Shown here: positions 10,975-22,717 of the stretch, one piece after another
How the letters are laid out: each line of letters begins with the position of its first letter
Numbering within the stretch: the stretch's first letter is position 1
Source: an uncultured Eubacteriales bacterium
Lineage (GTDB): Bacteria > Bacillota > Clostridia > Oscillospirales > CAG-382
Direction of reading: 5' to 3'
Assembly: GCA_934502885.1 (NCBI GenBank)
Contig: CAKSUT010000010.1
Coordinates: 19,307 to 83,306 of the forward strand
Length of the DNA stretch: 64,000 nt
Translations under genes and position numbers: made by a program
The notes under the pieces: model-generated
The model's database searches: none
What the model saw: only the letters and a program-made list of their open reading frames with translations
What the model was told of the DNA's origin: nothing

Positions 10975-11229
10975 TTACTTAGCCTTCTCGATGATCCTTA
11001 CAAGACGCCAGTTCTTATCCTTGGAAAGGGGTCTTGTTTCCATGATCTCGACCTTGTCGCCGATTCCGCACTCGTTCTTTTCATCATGAGCCTTGAACTT
11101 AACGGTTCTCTTGATGACCTTCTTATAAAGCGGGTGCTTAACGTTATCTGCAATGGCGACCACTATTGTCTTGTCCATCTTGTCGCTTACGACAAGTCCG
11201 ACTCTTGTCTTTCTGAGGGCTCTTTCCAT
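10975..11229 (-). CDS. rpsQ: 30S ribosomal protein S17
   Basis: 84-aa ORF with [16 protein letters not shown] and [25 protein letters not shown]. Confidence 0.96.
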   Translation of the reverse strand: MERALRKTRVGLVVSDKMDKTIVVAIADNVKHPLYKKVIKRTVKFKAHDEKNECGIGDKVEIMETRPLSKDKNWRLVRIIEKAK

Positions 11230-11251
11230 TTCGATTTACTCCTTTCCCGCC

Positions 11252-11446
11252 TTATGCCTGCTTTTCCTTTTCGGTGATTACCGTAAGGATCTTGGCTATT
11301 GTCTTCTTAGCCTCAACTATCTTCTGAGGATTGTCGAGCTGGTTTATAGCGTGCTGAAAACGGAGATTGAACAGTTCTTTCTTCTGTTCCTTCAAAAGCT
11401 CTGTAAGTTCAGCGGAAGTTTTCTCTCTGATTTCCGTTATTTTCAT
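11252..11446 (-). CDS. rpmC: 50S ribosomal protein L29
   Basis: 64-aa ORF starting MKITEIREKTSAELTELLKEQKKELFNLRFQ. Confidence 0.95.
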   Translation of the reverse strand: MKITEIREKTSAELTELLKEQKKELFNLRFQHAINQLDNPQKIVEAKKTIAKILTVITEKEKQA

Positions 11447-11451
11447 AAAGC

Positions 11452-11871
11452 TTATGCCTCCTCTTCTTCTTTCTTGACAAACTTACACTTGATAGGGAGC
11501 TTGTGAGCCGCAAGACGCATAGCTTCTCTTGCTATGTCCTCGGTAACGCCCTCCATCTCAAACATAACTCTGCCGGGCTTTACAACCGCTACCCAATACT
11601 CGGGAGAACCTTTACCGGAACCCATTCGGGTTTCAGCCGGCTTCTCGGTTACAGGCTTGTCGGGGAATATCTTTATCCATACCTGACCGCCTCTCTTGAT
11701 GTAACGGGTCATGGCGATACGGGCTGCTTCTATCTGGTTGGAGGTGATCCATGCGGGCTCAAGAGCTACGAGACCGTAATCGCCGTTGGAAACGGTGTTG
11801 CCTCTCATTGCCTTACCCTTAAGTCTGCCTCTCTGTACTCTTCTGTACTTTACTCTCTTAGGCATCAACAT
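11452..11871 (-). CDS. rplP: 50S ribosomal protein L16
   Basis: 139-aa ORF starting [19 protein letters not shown]. Confidence 0.97.
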   Translation of the reverse strand: MLMPKRVKYRRVQRGRLKGKAMRGNTVSNGDYGLVALEPAWITSNQIEAARIAMTRYIKRGGQVWIKIFPDKPVTEKPAETRMGSGKGSPEYWVAVVKPGRVMFEMEGVTEDIAREAMRLAAHKLPIKCKFVKKEEEEA

Positions 11872-11873
11872 GA

Positions 11874-12548
11874 TTATTCAGCTCCTCCTTCCGTCTTCTT
11901 TCTCTCGGTTCTCTTTACAGTCGGAAGAACCTCTCCTCTGTAGATCCAAACCTTAACGCCTATCTTACCGTAGGTGGTGTTTGCTTCATAGAAACCGTAC
12001 TGAATGTCCGCACGGATTGTCTGAAGCGGAATTGTGCCCTCGTGGTAGGTCTCGGTTCTTGCGATTTCCGCACCGTTGAGACGGCCGGAGCACTGAACCT
12101 TGATACCCTTTGCACCGAGCTTCATGGTTCTGCCGATTGCCTGCTTCATAGCGCGGCGGAACGCGATTCTCTTTTCGAGCTGGCTGCAAATGTTCTCTGC
12201 AACGAGCTGTGCGTCGAGGTCGGGGTATTTAACTTCTTCTACCTTTATTCTTACGGGCGCGCCGACAAACTTCTCTACTTCTGCCGAGAGCTTCTTGAGC
12301 TCTTCGCCGTTCTTTCCGATTATCGTGCCGGGCTTTGCACAGTGAATGATGATACGGAGTCCGCTGCCGTTTCTCTCGATTTCGATTGTGGGAACACCGT
12401 TGTCCTTGAGTTTGTTCTTGAGCCATGTTCTGAGCTTGTAGTCAGCAACAAGGGTATCGCCGAAAACTTCGTCTTTAACAAACCATCTGGAGTTCCAGCC
12501 TTTTATAACGCCCACACGGAGTCCGTGAGGATTAACTTTCTGTCCCAT
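11874..12548 (-). CDS. rpsC: 30S ribosomal protein S3
   Basis: 224-aa ORF starting [22 protein letters not shown]. Confidence 0.97.
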   Translation of the reverse strand: MGQKVNPHGLRVGVIKGWNSRWFVKDEVFGDTLVADYKLRTWLKNKLKDNGVPTIEIERNGSGLRIIIHCAKPGTIIGKNGEELKKLSAEVEKFVGAPVRIKVEEVKYPDLDAQLVAENICSQLEKRIAFRRAMKQAIGRTMKLGAKGIKVQCSGRLNGAEIARTETYHEGTIPLQTIRADIQYGFYEANTTYGKIGVKVWIYRGEVLPTVKRTERKKTEGGAE

Positions 12549-12603
12549 AGTCCGTAAATTGCCTCCTTACAATGAGATGCGTCTTGCGACGCTTCTAAGT
12601 TTT

Positions 12604-12939
12604 TTATTCTTTTTCCGCAACTGCGAGGGTGATGTGAGAGCTTCTCTTGAGTATTCTGAAAGCTCTGCCCTGCGCGCGGGGCATGATTCTCTTCGCAGTT
12701 CTGCCGGGTGTTACAAAGCACTCGGAAACGTAAAGCTTTGTTACGTCCATGTGATTGTTGTTTTCGGCATTTGCGATAGCAGACTTAAGGAGCTTGAGTA
12801 CGGGCTCGCTTGCTGCCTTTCTCGTATTCATGAGAATACCTGCTGCGGTTGCAACGTCTTTATTTCTTATAAGGTCGAGAACGATCGTTACCTTTCTGGG
12901 GGAAATTCTCAGATCCTTCAAATATGCCTTTGCTTCCAT
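12604..12939 (-). CDS. rplV: 50S ribosomal protein L22
   Basis: The ORF-track frame is 12604..12963. The likely start is MEAKAYLKDLRISPRK at 12939, preceded by GGAGGAAATAACGAAC. Confidence 0.95.
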   Translation of the reverse strand: MEAKAYLKDLRISPRKVTIVLDLIRNKDVATAAGILMNTRKAASEPVLKLLKSAIANAENNNHMDVTKLYVSECFVTPGRTAKRIMPRAQGRAFRILKRSSHITLAVAEKE

Positions 12940-13012
12940 GTTCGTTATTTCCTCCTTTCGCAAAGATACACCTTGCGGCGTTCGGGGTCTTTGCGTTTAT
13001 AGCGGTTGGTTA

Positions 13013-13288
13013 TTACTTGTTTGTGGTCTTGGATCCGGCGTGACCCTTGAATGTTCTTGTGGGTGCAAACTCACCGAGCTTGTGACCTACCATATCTTCG
13101 GTTACATAAACCGGAACGTGCTTTCTTCCGTCATGAACGGCGATTGTGTGACCGACGAACTGGGGGAATATCGTGGAAGCTCTTGACCAAGTCTTCAAAA
13201 CCTTCTTCTCGCCCTTCTCGTTCATTTCGCTGATTCTTTTGAAGAGCTTTTCCTCGACGAAAGGACCTTTCTTCACGCTTCTGCTCAT
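13013..13288 (-). CDS. rpsS: 30S ribosomal protein S19
   Basis: 91-aa ORF starting [15 protein letters not shown], with [23 protein letters not shown]. Confidence 0.97.
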   Translation of the reverse strand: MSRSVKKGPFVEEKLFKRISEMNEKGEKKVLKTWSRASTIFPQFVGHTIAVHDGRKHVPVYVTEDMVGHKLGEFAPTRTFKGHAGSKTTNK

Positions 13289-13345
13289 TTATATGCCTCC
13301 TTCCCAAAAGCATTGGGTTTATCAATGTATCGGGTAGCTTAAAGA

Positions 13346-14179
13346 TTATTTGTCGTTTCTGCGTTTAACGATGAACTTGTTCGTTCTCGCCTTCTTGTTA
13401 CGGGTCTTGTAACCCATAGTGGGCTTACCCCAAGGAGAAACAGGGGAGGGACGTCCGACAGGGGACTTACCTTCACCGCCGCCGTGAGGGTGATCGCACG
13501 GGTTCATTACCGAACCTCTTACGGTAGGACGGATACCCATGTGACGCTTCTTACCCGCTTTACCGATCTTGATGTTCTCGTGCTCAAGGTTGCCTACCTG
13601 ACCGATTGTGGCCTTGCAGTTAAGAGCTACGAGTCTTACTTCGCCGGAGGGAAGTCTTACCTGAGCCATGCCGTTTTCCTTAGCCATGAGCTGAGCAACC
13701 GCACCTGCGCTTCTTACGAGCTGACCGCCCTTGCCGGGGTGAAGCTCGATGTTGTGGATAAGAGCACCGACGGGAATGTCGTTGATTGCAAGCACGTTTC
13801 CGGGCTTGATGTCAGCTGCCGCACCGTTGAGGACAACGTCGCCGACCTTGAGTCCTGCGGGCGCTATGCTGTAGGTCTTTTCGCCGGTCTCGTACTGCAT
13901 GAGTGCGATGTAAGCGGTTCTGTTGGGGTCGTACTCAATTGCGAGAACGGTTGCGGGAACATCGAGGATGTTCTTCTTGAAGTCGATGATTCTGTACTTC
14001 TTTCTGTTGCCGCCGCCCTGATGGCGAACTGTTATCTTACCTGTATTGTTACGTCCGGCGTTCTTCTTAAGCACCGTGATAAGGCTTCTTTCGGGGTTTC
14101 TCTTTGTGATTTCCTCAAAGCCGGGTACTGTCATATTTCTTCTGGCCGGAGTTGTAGGTTTAAATTTCTTGACTGCCAT
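13346..14179 (-). CDS. rplB: 50S ribosomal protein L2
   Basis: The ORF-track frame is 13346..14227. The likely start is [18 protein letters not shown] at 14179. Confidence 0.96.
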   Translation of the reverse strand: MAVKKFKPTTPARRNMTVPGFEEITKRNPERSLITVLKKNAGRNNTGKITVRHQGGGNRKKYRIIDFKKNILDVPATVLAIEYDPNRTAYIALMQYETGEKTYSIAPAGLKVGDVVLNGAAADIKPGNVLAINDIPVGALIHNIELHPGKGGQLVRSAGAVAQLMAKENGMAQVRLPSGEVRLVALNCKATIGQVGNLEHENIKIGKAGKKRHMGIRPTVRGSVMNPCDHPHGGGEGKSPVGRPSPVSPWGKPTMGYKTRNKKARTNKFIVKRRNDK

Positions 14180-14292
14180 AATAACTCCATTTCTCGGCAG
14201 CTTCTTTTGTGACGAAGCATTTATCAATCAGTGGATGCACCGCTGCCGTAGGCACATCTTGCCTCGCCTTATCCGAAGGTTTTCGGCTTTGA

Positions 14293-14586
14293 TTACATCA
14301 TGCTGTCGAAGAACTCGATTGTCTTCGAACCTGCTGTAAGCTTTACTATTGCCTTTTTCCACTCGGAAGTTGAACCCATATGATAACCGACTCTCTTGGG
14401 CTTGGACTTCATAACGATTGTGTTGACCTTTTCAACATCCACCTTAAAAAGCTCCTCAACCGCCTTCTTGATTTCGGGCTTGCTTGCGGACTTCTCGACC
14501 TCGAAGGTATAAACCTTGCCGCCGAGTCTTTCCATGCTCGCTTCGGTTATAATCGGGCGGATAATTACGTCATGTGCAGTTTTCAT
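14293..14586 (-). CDS. rplW: 50S ribosomal protein L23
   Basis: 97-aa ORF starting [15 protein letters not shown], between rplD and rplB. Confidence 0.95.
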   Translation of the reverse strand: MKTAHDVIIRPIITEASMERLGGKVYTFEVEKSASKPEIKKAVEELFKVDVEKVNTIVMKSKPKRVGYHMGSTSEWKKAIVKLTAGSKTIEFFDSMM

Positions 14587-15209
14587 TATGCGTATACCTC
14601 CTCGATTATTGCGACAGCCTCTTTTGCAACGATAAACTTGTCATACTTGAGTATGTCGTATGCGTTGAGGGTGCCGGGAATAGCGGTCTTTACGCCGGGG
14701 ATGTTCTTTGCGGAAGCAACCACCTTTGCGTCGGCTGCGGGAAGAACGATGAGCGCCTTCTTGTCTGCGCCGAGTGCCTTGAGCATAGCCGCTATCTTCT
14801 TGGTCTTGTACTCTTCTGTTGCTATGTTGTCGATAACGATGAGGTTACCGTCGAGAACCTTGGAGGTAAGAGCCGACTTGAGAGCGATTCTCTTAACCTT
14901 CTTGTTCATTGTGATCTTCCAGGTGCGGGGCTTCGGTCCGAGTGCGATACCGCCGTGCGTCCACTGAGGAGAACGGGTCGAACCCTGTCTTGCGCGGCCT
15001 GTGCCCTTCTGCTTCCAGGGCTTTCTGCCGCCGCCGGAAACTTCGCTTCTGGTCTTGGTACTCTGTGTACCCTGTCTCTGATTCAAAAGATAAGCTCTGA
15101 TAACCGAATGAAGGACAGCCTCGTTGACTTCGCAGCCGAATATACCCTCTGCAAGCTCAACGTCGCCCTTGACGTTACCGGCCATATCGTACATTTTTAC
15201 TGTAGGCAT
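14586..15209 (-). CDS. rplD: 50S ribosomal protein L4
   Basis: 207-aa ORF with [25 protein letters not shown]. Confidence 0.97.
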   Translation of the reverse strand: MPTVKMYDMAGNVKGDVELAEGIFGCEVNEAVLHSVIRAYLLNQRQGTQSTKTRSEVSGGGRKPWKQKGTGRARQGSTRSPQWTHGGIALGPKPRTWKITMNKKVKRIALKSALTSKVLDGNLIVIDNIATEEYKTKKIAAMLKALGADKKALIVLPAADAKVVASAKNIPGVKTAIPGTLNAYDILKYDKFIVAKEAVAIIEEVYA

Positions 15210-15226
15210 CTGTTTCCCTCCTTATC

Positions 15227-15856
15227 TCACTTTACCGTCGAGCGAATGAACACGATGCTTCCTCTGGGACCGGGAACGGCACCCTTGATTGCAACGAGGT
15301 TCTTCTCTGCGTCGATCTTTGCCACGGTGAGGTTGAGTATTGTTACCTGCTCGTGACCGTACTGTCCTGCCATCTTCTTGTTCTTGTAAACTCTGGAAGG
15401 TGTGGAGTTTGCACCCATTGAACCGACCTGACGATGAACGGGGCCCGTACCGTGAGTCATTCTGAGTCTGTGGTGATTCCATCTCTTGATAGCGCCCGAG
15501 AAACCGTGACCCTTGGTGATGCCCGTAACATCAACCTTTTCGCCGGCTTCAAAGCTCTCAGCCTTTACAACGTCGCCGACGTTCATGTCAGCGGCACCGT
15601 CGAGTCTGAACTCCTTGAGGTGCTTCTTGAAGGGGACGTTTGCCTTAGCGAGGTGACCCTTTTCAGGCTTTGTCAGCTTTCTTTCGATGATGTCCTCGAA
15701 ACCGAGCTGAACTGCGCTGTAACCGTCATTCTCAACCGTCTTCTTCTGAACGACGGGGCAGGGACCTGCTTCGATTACGGTTACCGGTATAACATTGCCG
15801 ACCTCGTCAAAGATCTGAGTCATACCGAGTTTCTTTCCGATAATACCTTTTTTCAT
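15227..15856 (-). CDS. rplC: 50S ribosomal protein L3
   Basis: 209-aa ORF starting MKKGIIGKKLGMTQIFDE. Confidence 0.97.
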   Translation of the reverse strand: MKKGIIGKKLGMTQIFDEVGNVIPVTVIEAGPCPVVQKKTVENDGYSAVQLGFEDIIERKLTKPEKGHLAKANVPFKKHLKEFRLDGAADMNVGDVVKAESFEAGEKVDVTGITKGHGFSGAIKRWNHHRLRMTHGTGPVHRQVGSMGANSTPSRVYKNKKMAGQYGHEQVTILNLTVAKIDAEKNLVAIKGAVPGPRGSIVFIRSTVK

Positions 15857-16036
15857 GTTTTTTCCTCCTGTAGGTTATTGGTTGACACGCCCATGTCCTT
15901 TGCCCGAGGATTTCCGAGCCGGACAACGCATCAACGTGACCCGGTTATTGCGCCGCACGGGTTAAATGCGGCATTTATTTCAATCTCTCCGCCGTCCGGG
16001 CAACCCGCCGGGACCTTGGAAAAACCAAAATGCGAA

Positions 16037-16348
16037 TTACATCTTGACTTCGATATCAACGCCTGCGGGGAGCTCGATGCTCATGAGAGCGTCGATTGTC
16101 TTCTGGCTCGGCTTAATGATGTCGATAAGTCTCTTGTGTGTACGGAACTCAAACTGCTCTCTGGAGTCCTTGTACTTGTGAACGGCACGAAGGATCGTAA
16201 CGATTTCCTTTTCGGTAGGGAGCGGAATGGGACCGGACACCTTTGCGCCGCCTCTCTTTGCGGCAGCCACGATCTTCTCGGAAGCCTGGTCGATGAGAGT
16301 GTGATCGTAAGCCTTGAGTCTGATTCTGATTTTTTCGTTTGCAGCCAT
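16037..16348 (-). CDS. rpsJ: 30S ribosomal protein S10
   Basis: The ORF-track frame is 16037..16447. The likely start is [16 protein letters not shown] at 16348, preceded by AAAGGAGG. Confidence 0.96.
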   Translation of the reverse strand: MAANEKIRIRLKAYDHTLIDQASEKIVAAAKRGGAKVSGPIPLPTEKEIVTILRAVHKYKDSREQFEFRTHKRLIDIIKPSQKTIDALMSIELPAGVDIEVKM

Positions 16349-16449
16349 TTTTTCTGCCTCCTTTAAAAATTTTGCTCTTCGACGTTCTTCGGATCTCCCG
16401 AACAAGGCTTGATATAATAAAGTCGAAGAAAGATTTAAATGCGACACAG

Positions 16450-16959
16450 AAAATTCTGAACACTCAGCCGGGCGTTTCTTAAAACACCCGAAAGAAAACC
16501 GAAGCTTCTTTCCTCGTTACGCATGAATAAAATGTTCACACGGTAGTGACGGGAAAGAACTCCGGGAATGAGCTTCGTAAATCCCCAGCATTTTAACGAC
16601 GCCGCACAAAGCGCATAGCGCAGCGGTCCTTCGCACAGTATTACAGGCGCATCGGCGCACGCACCGACCGTCCCCGAAGGAACTGTTTGGCTGGGATTCA
16701 AAGCCGATCGCACGGCAGAGTCGCGGTGTTGCAGAGGCTCGCTTGAAAGAACCCCGCACCGAAACACCAATCCGTCCGTTTTGCGGCTCAGTATTTGCTG
16801 TCGCCCGGTTATCGGACATACTCCACGGAAATTACCGTCCAAAGGACGCAACCTCCCGCTTCATCGCACATCAAGCCTGGATATTGTACCACATCTCGCT
16901 TCTCAAAGCAACGGTATGCGGAGAATCTTTTGTAAACTTTTGGTGAACGAAGATAAAGT
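16450..16959. other. Unassigned ORF-free, hairpin-rich region upstream of the S10 operon (candidate leader or structured RNA; identity unknown)
   Basis: No protein-like ORF in any frame. There are many local GC-rich inverted repeats, for example CGTCCTTTGGACG, GCGCTATGCGC and GGTGTT..AACACC. It has no match to the repeat family found elsewhere in the window. Confidence 0.25.
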
Positions 16960-17789
16960 TATGTCGTTCCTTCGGAACGAGTGAAGTGCAAGCTGCGCTT
17001 GCGTGAAGTGACGGCTTCGCCGTCGTGATGTGTTGCTTCGCAACGTTGGGGTGGAAAAGCTGCGCTTTTCTTCATTAATTGTATGGTGCTGATTTATAGG
17101 CTGTGCGATGACGGGAAAGAAAGGCAGAATTCATAATGCATAATGCATAATTCATAATTCATAATTCATAATTCATAATTGACGTTGAAAAGCTTCGCTT
17201 TTCTTCAATATTTGAATGGTGCTTATCGTTTGCCGCTTTCCTACGGTGCGATATACATAACCGTGCGTGCGGTTCATGCTACAAAGTGCCATGGAGAGAT
17301 GCTAACCTCGAGCTTTGCACTCTCAATAAAGCTTGATTTTCACCGAATCCCCCATAAGTAAGCACAAATCTCAAGCTTCGCACCACCCAAGAACCTTATC
17401 TTCGTAAAATTTTATCGTGTGCGAAGTGTGCTGAGCACGCAATAAATTTTGCGAACGGTGTTGCCCCGAATTACAGTCCCAACAGAGTCTGATGCGAAGT
17501 AAATCTAAGTCGGTCGCTTGAATTTATGGCGACCGACTTGCGTACTATATTCGATTAGATGAGTCTTTGCTTCCCTTCGACGGAGGCTTAGCCGATGTCG
17601 AACGGTACTTTCTCCAATATATCGAGAACTTCCCATTTCAAAACGCAGTTTTGAAATCGATAAAGTTCTTTTGGCGAAAGCCGCTTTGCGGCGTCGCACG
17701 TTTCTTTCAAGAAAAGGACATATCCTCGCGTTCTTTGGTTCTTTCTTTCAAGAAAAGGACACCATCGTAATCTACGCCCGTCGGAGACC
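16960..17789 (-). repeat. Hairpin-chain repeat array R2 (near full length, reverse orientation; leader/M1 end faces the glucokinase stop)
   Basis: Reverse complement of the 57436-58376 module order. M1-type palindromes at 17698-17721 and 17748-17772, M2 at 17635-17657, M5 at 17507-17539, a heptamer tract at 17128-17180, and the terminal CCCGTCGGAGACC at 17777-17789. Confidence 0.85.
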
Positions 17790-17804
17790 TTTCGTATGCC
17801 TCGC

Positions 17805-18752
17805 TTAAAAACCGAGCATAGCGGCGCCGATGATTCCGGCGTCGTTGCCGAGTGCGGCGATTCTTATTTCGGTCTTCTTTGTGCCGTTTCTCGTGTACTG
17901 CTCTTCGTCTATATACTTCTCGAGCGGTGCGGTGAGGTACTCCTTCTCGTTGCAGATACCGCCGCCGATAACGAGAACCTCCGGCTGGAAGATGTTGATC
18001 ATGTTTACGATACCGGAAGCGAGGTAGCGAATATACTCATCAACAACCTCAGCACCGGCCTTGTCGCCGGCTCTCATTGCATTGAACGCCGTTCTGCCGC
18101 TGACCTTGCCCTCTTTTTCGACCATTTTGTGCATTATTGTGTCCTTGTCCGCCGCAAGCTTGTCCTTTGTCATGTTGATAAGACCCGTAGCAGAGCTGTA
18201 AGCCTCCCAGCAGCCCTTTCTGCCGCAGGAGCACTGACGGCCGCCAACCTCGATTACAGTGTGACCGAGTTCGCCGCCGGCGTAGTTGAAGCCGGAGTAT
18301 ACCTTTTTGTCTATGATGATGCCGCCGCCGAGACCGGTTCCGAGGGTGATCATGAGGGAGTCGTTGCAGCCCTTGGAGGCACCCATTTCAGCCTCGCCCT
18401 TAGCCGCCGCATTCGCGTCGTTCTCAACGAGTACCTTCTTTATACCCGAAAACTCTGTGAGCTTTGCGGCGATGGGGTAGTTGAGGAAGGGAAGATTGTT
18501 TGCGTATACGACATAGCCGCTGTCGTGGTCGACTGTGCCGGGAGTTGCGATTCCGGCGTACTCGACGTCGCCTACGGCAATGCCCACCTCCTTGATGAGG
18601 TCGAGGCAAAGAGCCGCCATATCCTTTATGATTTCGTCGGGTTCTCTGTCGGCTTTTGTGGGAACACTGCCCTTCTTGAGAATTTTACCGTTTTCGTTTA
18701 CAAGACCTACCGCGATATTTGTACCGCCGAGGTCAACGCCTATATAATACAT
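17805..18752 (-). CDS. glcK: ROK-family glucokinase
   Basis: The ORF-track frame is 17805..18839. The likely start is MYYIGVDLGGTNIAVG at 18752. It has the ROK CxCGxxGCxE signature (CSCGRKGCWEAY). Confidence 0.9.
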   Translation of the reverse strand: MYYIGVDLGGTNIAVGLVNENGKILKKGSVPTKADREPDEIIKDMAALCLDLIKEVGIAVGDVEYAGIATPGTVDHDSGYVVYANNLPFLNYPIAAKLTEFSGIKKVLVENDANAAAKGEAEMGASKGCNDSLMITLGTGLGGGIIIDKKVYSGFNYAGGELGHTVIEVGGRQCSCGRKGCWEAYSSATGLINMTKDKLAADKDTIMHKMVEKEGKVSGRTAFNAMRAGDKAGAEVVDEYIRYLASGIVNMINIFQPEVLVIGGGICNEKEYLTAPLEKYIDEEQYTRNGTKKTEIRIAALGNDAGIIGAAMLGF

Positions 18753-18935
18753 AGCTGTACCTTTCCTTTCGCTTTTTGCACCACTGCGCATATTTTTCCA
18801 ACCACCTATGATTATATTCCCACTTGCACCTTTTGTCAAGCGACGACGCCAACAATTTACATTTTATTAAGAAACGCAAAGCAGACGCAGGGGGGACGGC
18901 GGCGGTTTACACGGGCGAGTAACCGTCCCCCGCGC

Positions 18936-18968
18936 AAAACGGAGAGCCCGAGGGCTCTCCGTTTTTCT
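18936..18968 (-). terminator. Terminator downstream of dnaJ (bidirectional-looking)
   Basis: ACGGAGAGCCC-GA-GGGCTCTCCGT (18939-18962) is flanked by an A-run and a T-run. A second GC hairpin, GGGGGACGG..CCGTCCCCC, lies at 18891-18930. Confidence 0.7.
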
Positions 18969-18994
18969 TATTTCATTTTACGCAAGAGGTTCCT

Positions 18995-20149
18995 TCACAA
19001 GTTGCCGAACTTTGAGAACGCCTCTCTGACCTTCTCGCCGAAGCTCTTTTTACGGAGGTTGTTCTTCTCTCCGCAGGTCGAGTCGAACTCACGCAGAAGC
19101 TCCTTCTGCTTCTCCGAAAGATTCTTCGGCACTTCGACTATGACTCTGAACACAAGGTCGCCTCTGCTCTTGCCGCCGATGTACTGTATACCCTTGTTTT
19201 TGAGCGTGTACGCCGTGCCGGACTGCGTTCCCTCGGGAATCGTGTACTCGTAGTCGCCCTCAAGAGTCGGAACTTTTATCTTCGCACCGAGTGCCGCCTC
19301 GGTGAAGGTTATAGGCACTTCGCAGTAAATGTTCTGTCCGTCCCTCTCGAATACGCTGTGCGGCTTGACGCTTACCTCAACGTAAAGGTCGCCCGCAGGA
19401 CCGCCGTTTCTGCCCATGTCTCCGGCGGATTGAACCCTAAGTCTCTGTCCGTCGTCAATACCGGCCGGAATGTTGACCGTCTCGGTCTTCTGACGCGTCA
19501 CCATACCGCTTCCGCGGCAGGTCTTGCACGGATTCTTGATTATCTTGCCCGTTCCGCCGCACGCCGAACAGGGACGCGTGGACTGCATCATGCCGAGTAT
19601 CGTCCTCTGCTGGGTACGTATCTGTCCTGTGCCGCCGCAGGTTGTGCAGGTTTCGGGGGACGTACCCTTTTCCGCACCCGTACCGCCGCAGGTGTCGCAG
19701 CGTTCAACCCGGCTGTACTTGATGTCCTTCTTGCAGCCGAACACCGCTTCCTCGAATGTCACCGTTATCCTCACCGCACGGTCGTTTCCTCTCGTGGGGG
19801 AGTTTCTGTTCGACCTTGTCTGCGTGCCGCCGAAGAACGACGAGAATATATCCGAAGCGTCGCCGAAGTCAAAGCCGCCGAAGCCGCCGTAACCGCCGCC
19901 GAAACCTCCTGCCGCATTCGGATCGACGCCTGCATGACCGTATGCGTCGTACTTCGCCTTTTTGTCGGCGTCGGAGAGTACGCTGTACGCCTCGTTTATC
20001 TCCTTGAACTTCTCCTCGGCTTCCTTGTTTCCGGGGTTAAGGTCGGGGTGATACTGCTTTCCGAGCTTACGGAAAGCTTTCTTTATTTCGTCGGTGCTCG
20101 CTCCCTTTTGAAGTCCGAGCACCTCATAGTAATCTCTTTTCTCTGCCAT
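18995..20149 (-). CDS. dnaJ: Molecular chaperone DnaJ
   Basis: The ORF-track frame is 18995..20200. The likely start is [13 protein letters not shown] at 20149. It has a J-domain HPD, a G/F region and four CxxCxGxG repeats. Confidence 0.96.
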   Translation of the reverse strand: MAEKRDYYEVLGLQKGASTDEIKKAFRKLGKQYHPDLNPGNKEAEEKFKEINEAYSVLSDADKKAKYDAYGHAGVDPNAAGGFGGGYGGFGGFDFGDASDIFSSFFGGTQTRSNRNSPTRGNDRAVRITVTFEEAVFGCKKDIKYSRVERCDTCGGTGAEKGTSPETCTTCGGTGQIRTQQRTILGMMQSTRPCSACGGTGKIIKNPCKTCRGSGMVTRQKTETVNIPAGIDDGQRLRVQSAGDMGRNGGPAGDLYVEVSVKPHSVFERDGQNIYCEVPITFTEAALGAKIKVPTLEGDYEYTIPEGTQSGTAYTLKNKGIQYIGGKSRGDLVFRVIVEVPKNLSEKQKELLREFDSTCGEKNNLRKKSFGEKVREAFSKFGNL

Positions 20150-20216
20150 AACTCCTCGATTCGGCGACGGCGGCGCACGAAGATTTTCCCCCGTGCGCAC
20201 AACCGTTTACCGCATA

Positions 20217-22094
<1,878 letters not shown>

Positions 22095-22141
22095 TTATAT
22101 ATCAACAATGCGCTCCGTGCAAAAATGCACTCGGTGCTTTG

Positions 22142-22717
22142 TCAATTTACCACTTTAACCATTGAATGTCTTATTACTTTATTTCCTATTTTATATCCCT
22201 TGAGGAACACCTCGGAAATTTCGTTCTCGCCCTTGTCGCCGTCCTCGTCGTGCATTATTGCATTGTGAAGATCCGGGTCGAAGGTTTCGCCGGCAGCGGG
22301 GATTTCCTCGACTCCGAGCTTTCCGAGAACCTCACGGAACTGCTTTTCTATCATGCGCACGCCCTCGGCAAGAGGGGAGGTGTCGTCGGAAGACGCCGCA
22401 AGCGAACGCTCGAGATTGTCAAGCACGGGGAGAATCCTTTCCACGGTGTCCGACACGGCGTCGGAATAAATGGCGTCCTTTTCGCTTTGGGTGCGCTTTC
22501 TGTAGTTGTCGTACTCGGCGAGAAGACGAAGATGCCTGTCGTCCTTTTCGGTTATCTCGGACTTGAGCTTTTCTATCTCCTTGTCCTTTTCCTCGGCGGC
22601 CTTTGCGGATTTTTTGCATTCACGCTCCTCGCCGTCCTTTTTGCCCTTGCAGGACTTCTTCGGCTTCTCGGTTTCTTCCTCGCCGATATTTTCGTTCTTT
22701 TTTTCTTCGTTATTCAT
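22142..22717 (-). CDS. grpE: Nucleotide exchange factor GrpE
   Basis: 191-aa ORF with a charged N-terminus and LRLLAEYDNYRKRTQ, between hrcA and dnaK. Confidence 0.95.
   Translation of the reverse strand: MNNEEKKNENIGEEETEKPKKSCKGKKDGEERECKKSAKAAEEKDKEIEKLKSEITEKDDRHLRLLAEYDNYRKRTQSEKDAIYSDAVSDTVERILPVLDNLERSLAASSDDTSPLAEGVRMIEKQFREVLGKLGVEEIPAAGETFDPDLHNAIMHDEDGDKGENEISEVFLKGYKIGNKVIRHSMVKVVN

Noticed and set aside
16450-16959. Assigning the orphan structured region to RNase P RNA, tmRNA, SRP RNA, 6S, T-box or a known riboswitch.
   Set aside because: None of the diagnostic conserved strings I know is present on either strand. That list covers GAGGAAAGUCC and ACAGAACCCGGCUUA, the tmRNA tag ORF and 3' CCA-acceptor mimic, GGAAGCAGC of SRP RNA, the T-box GGUGGUACCGCG, and the B12, TPP and FMN cores. 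It is left unassigned rather than guessed.
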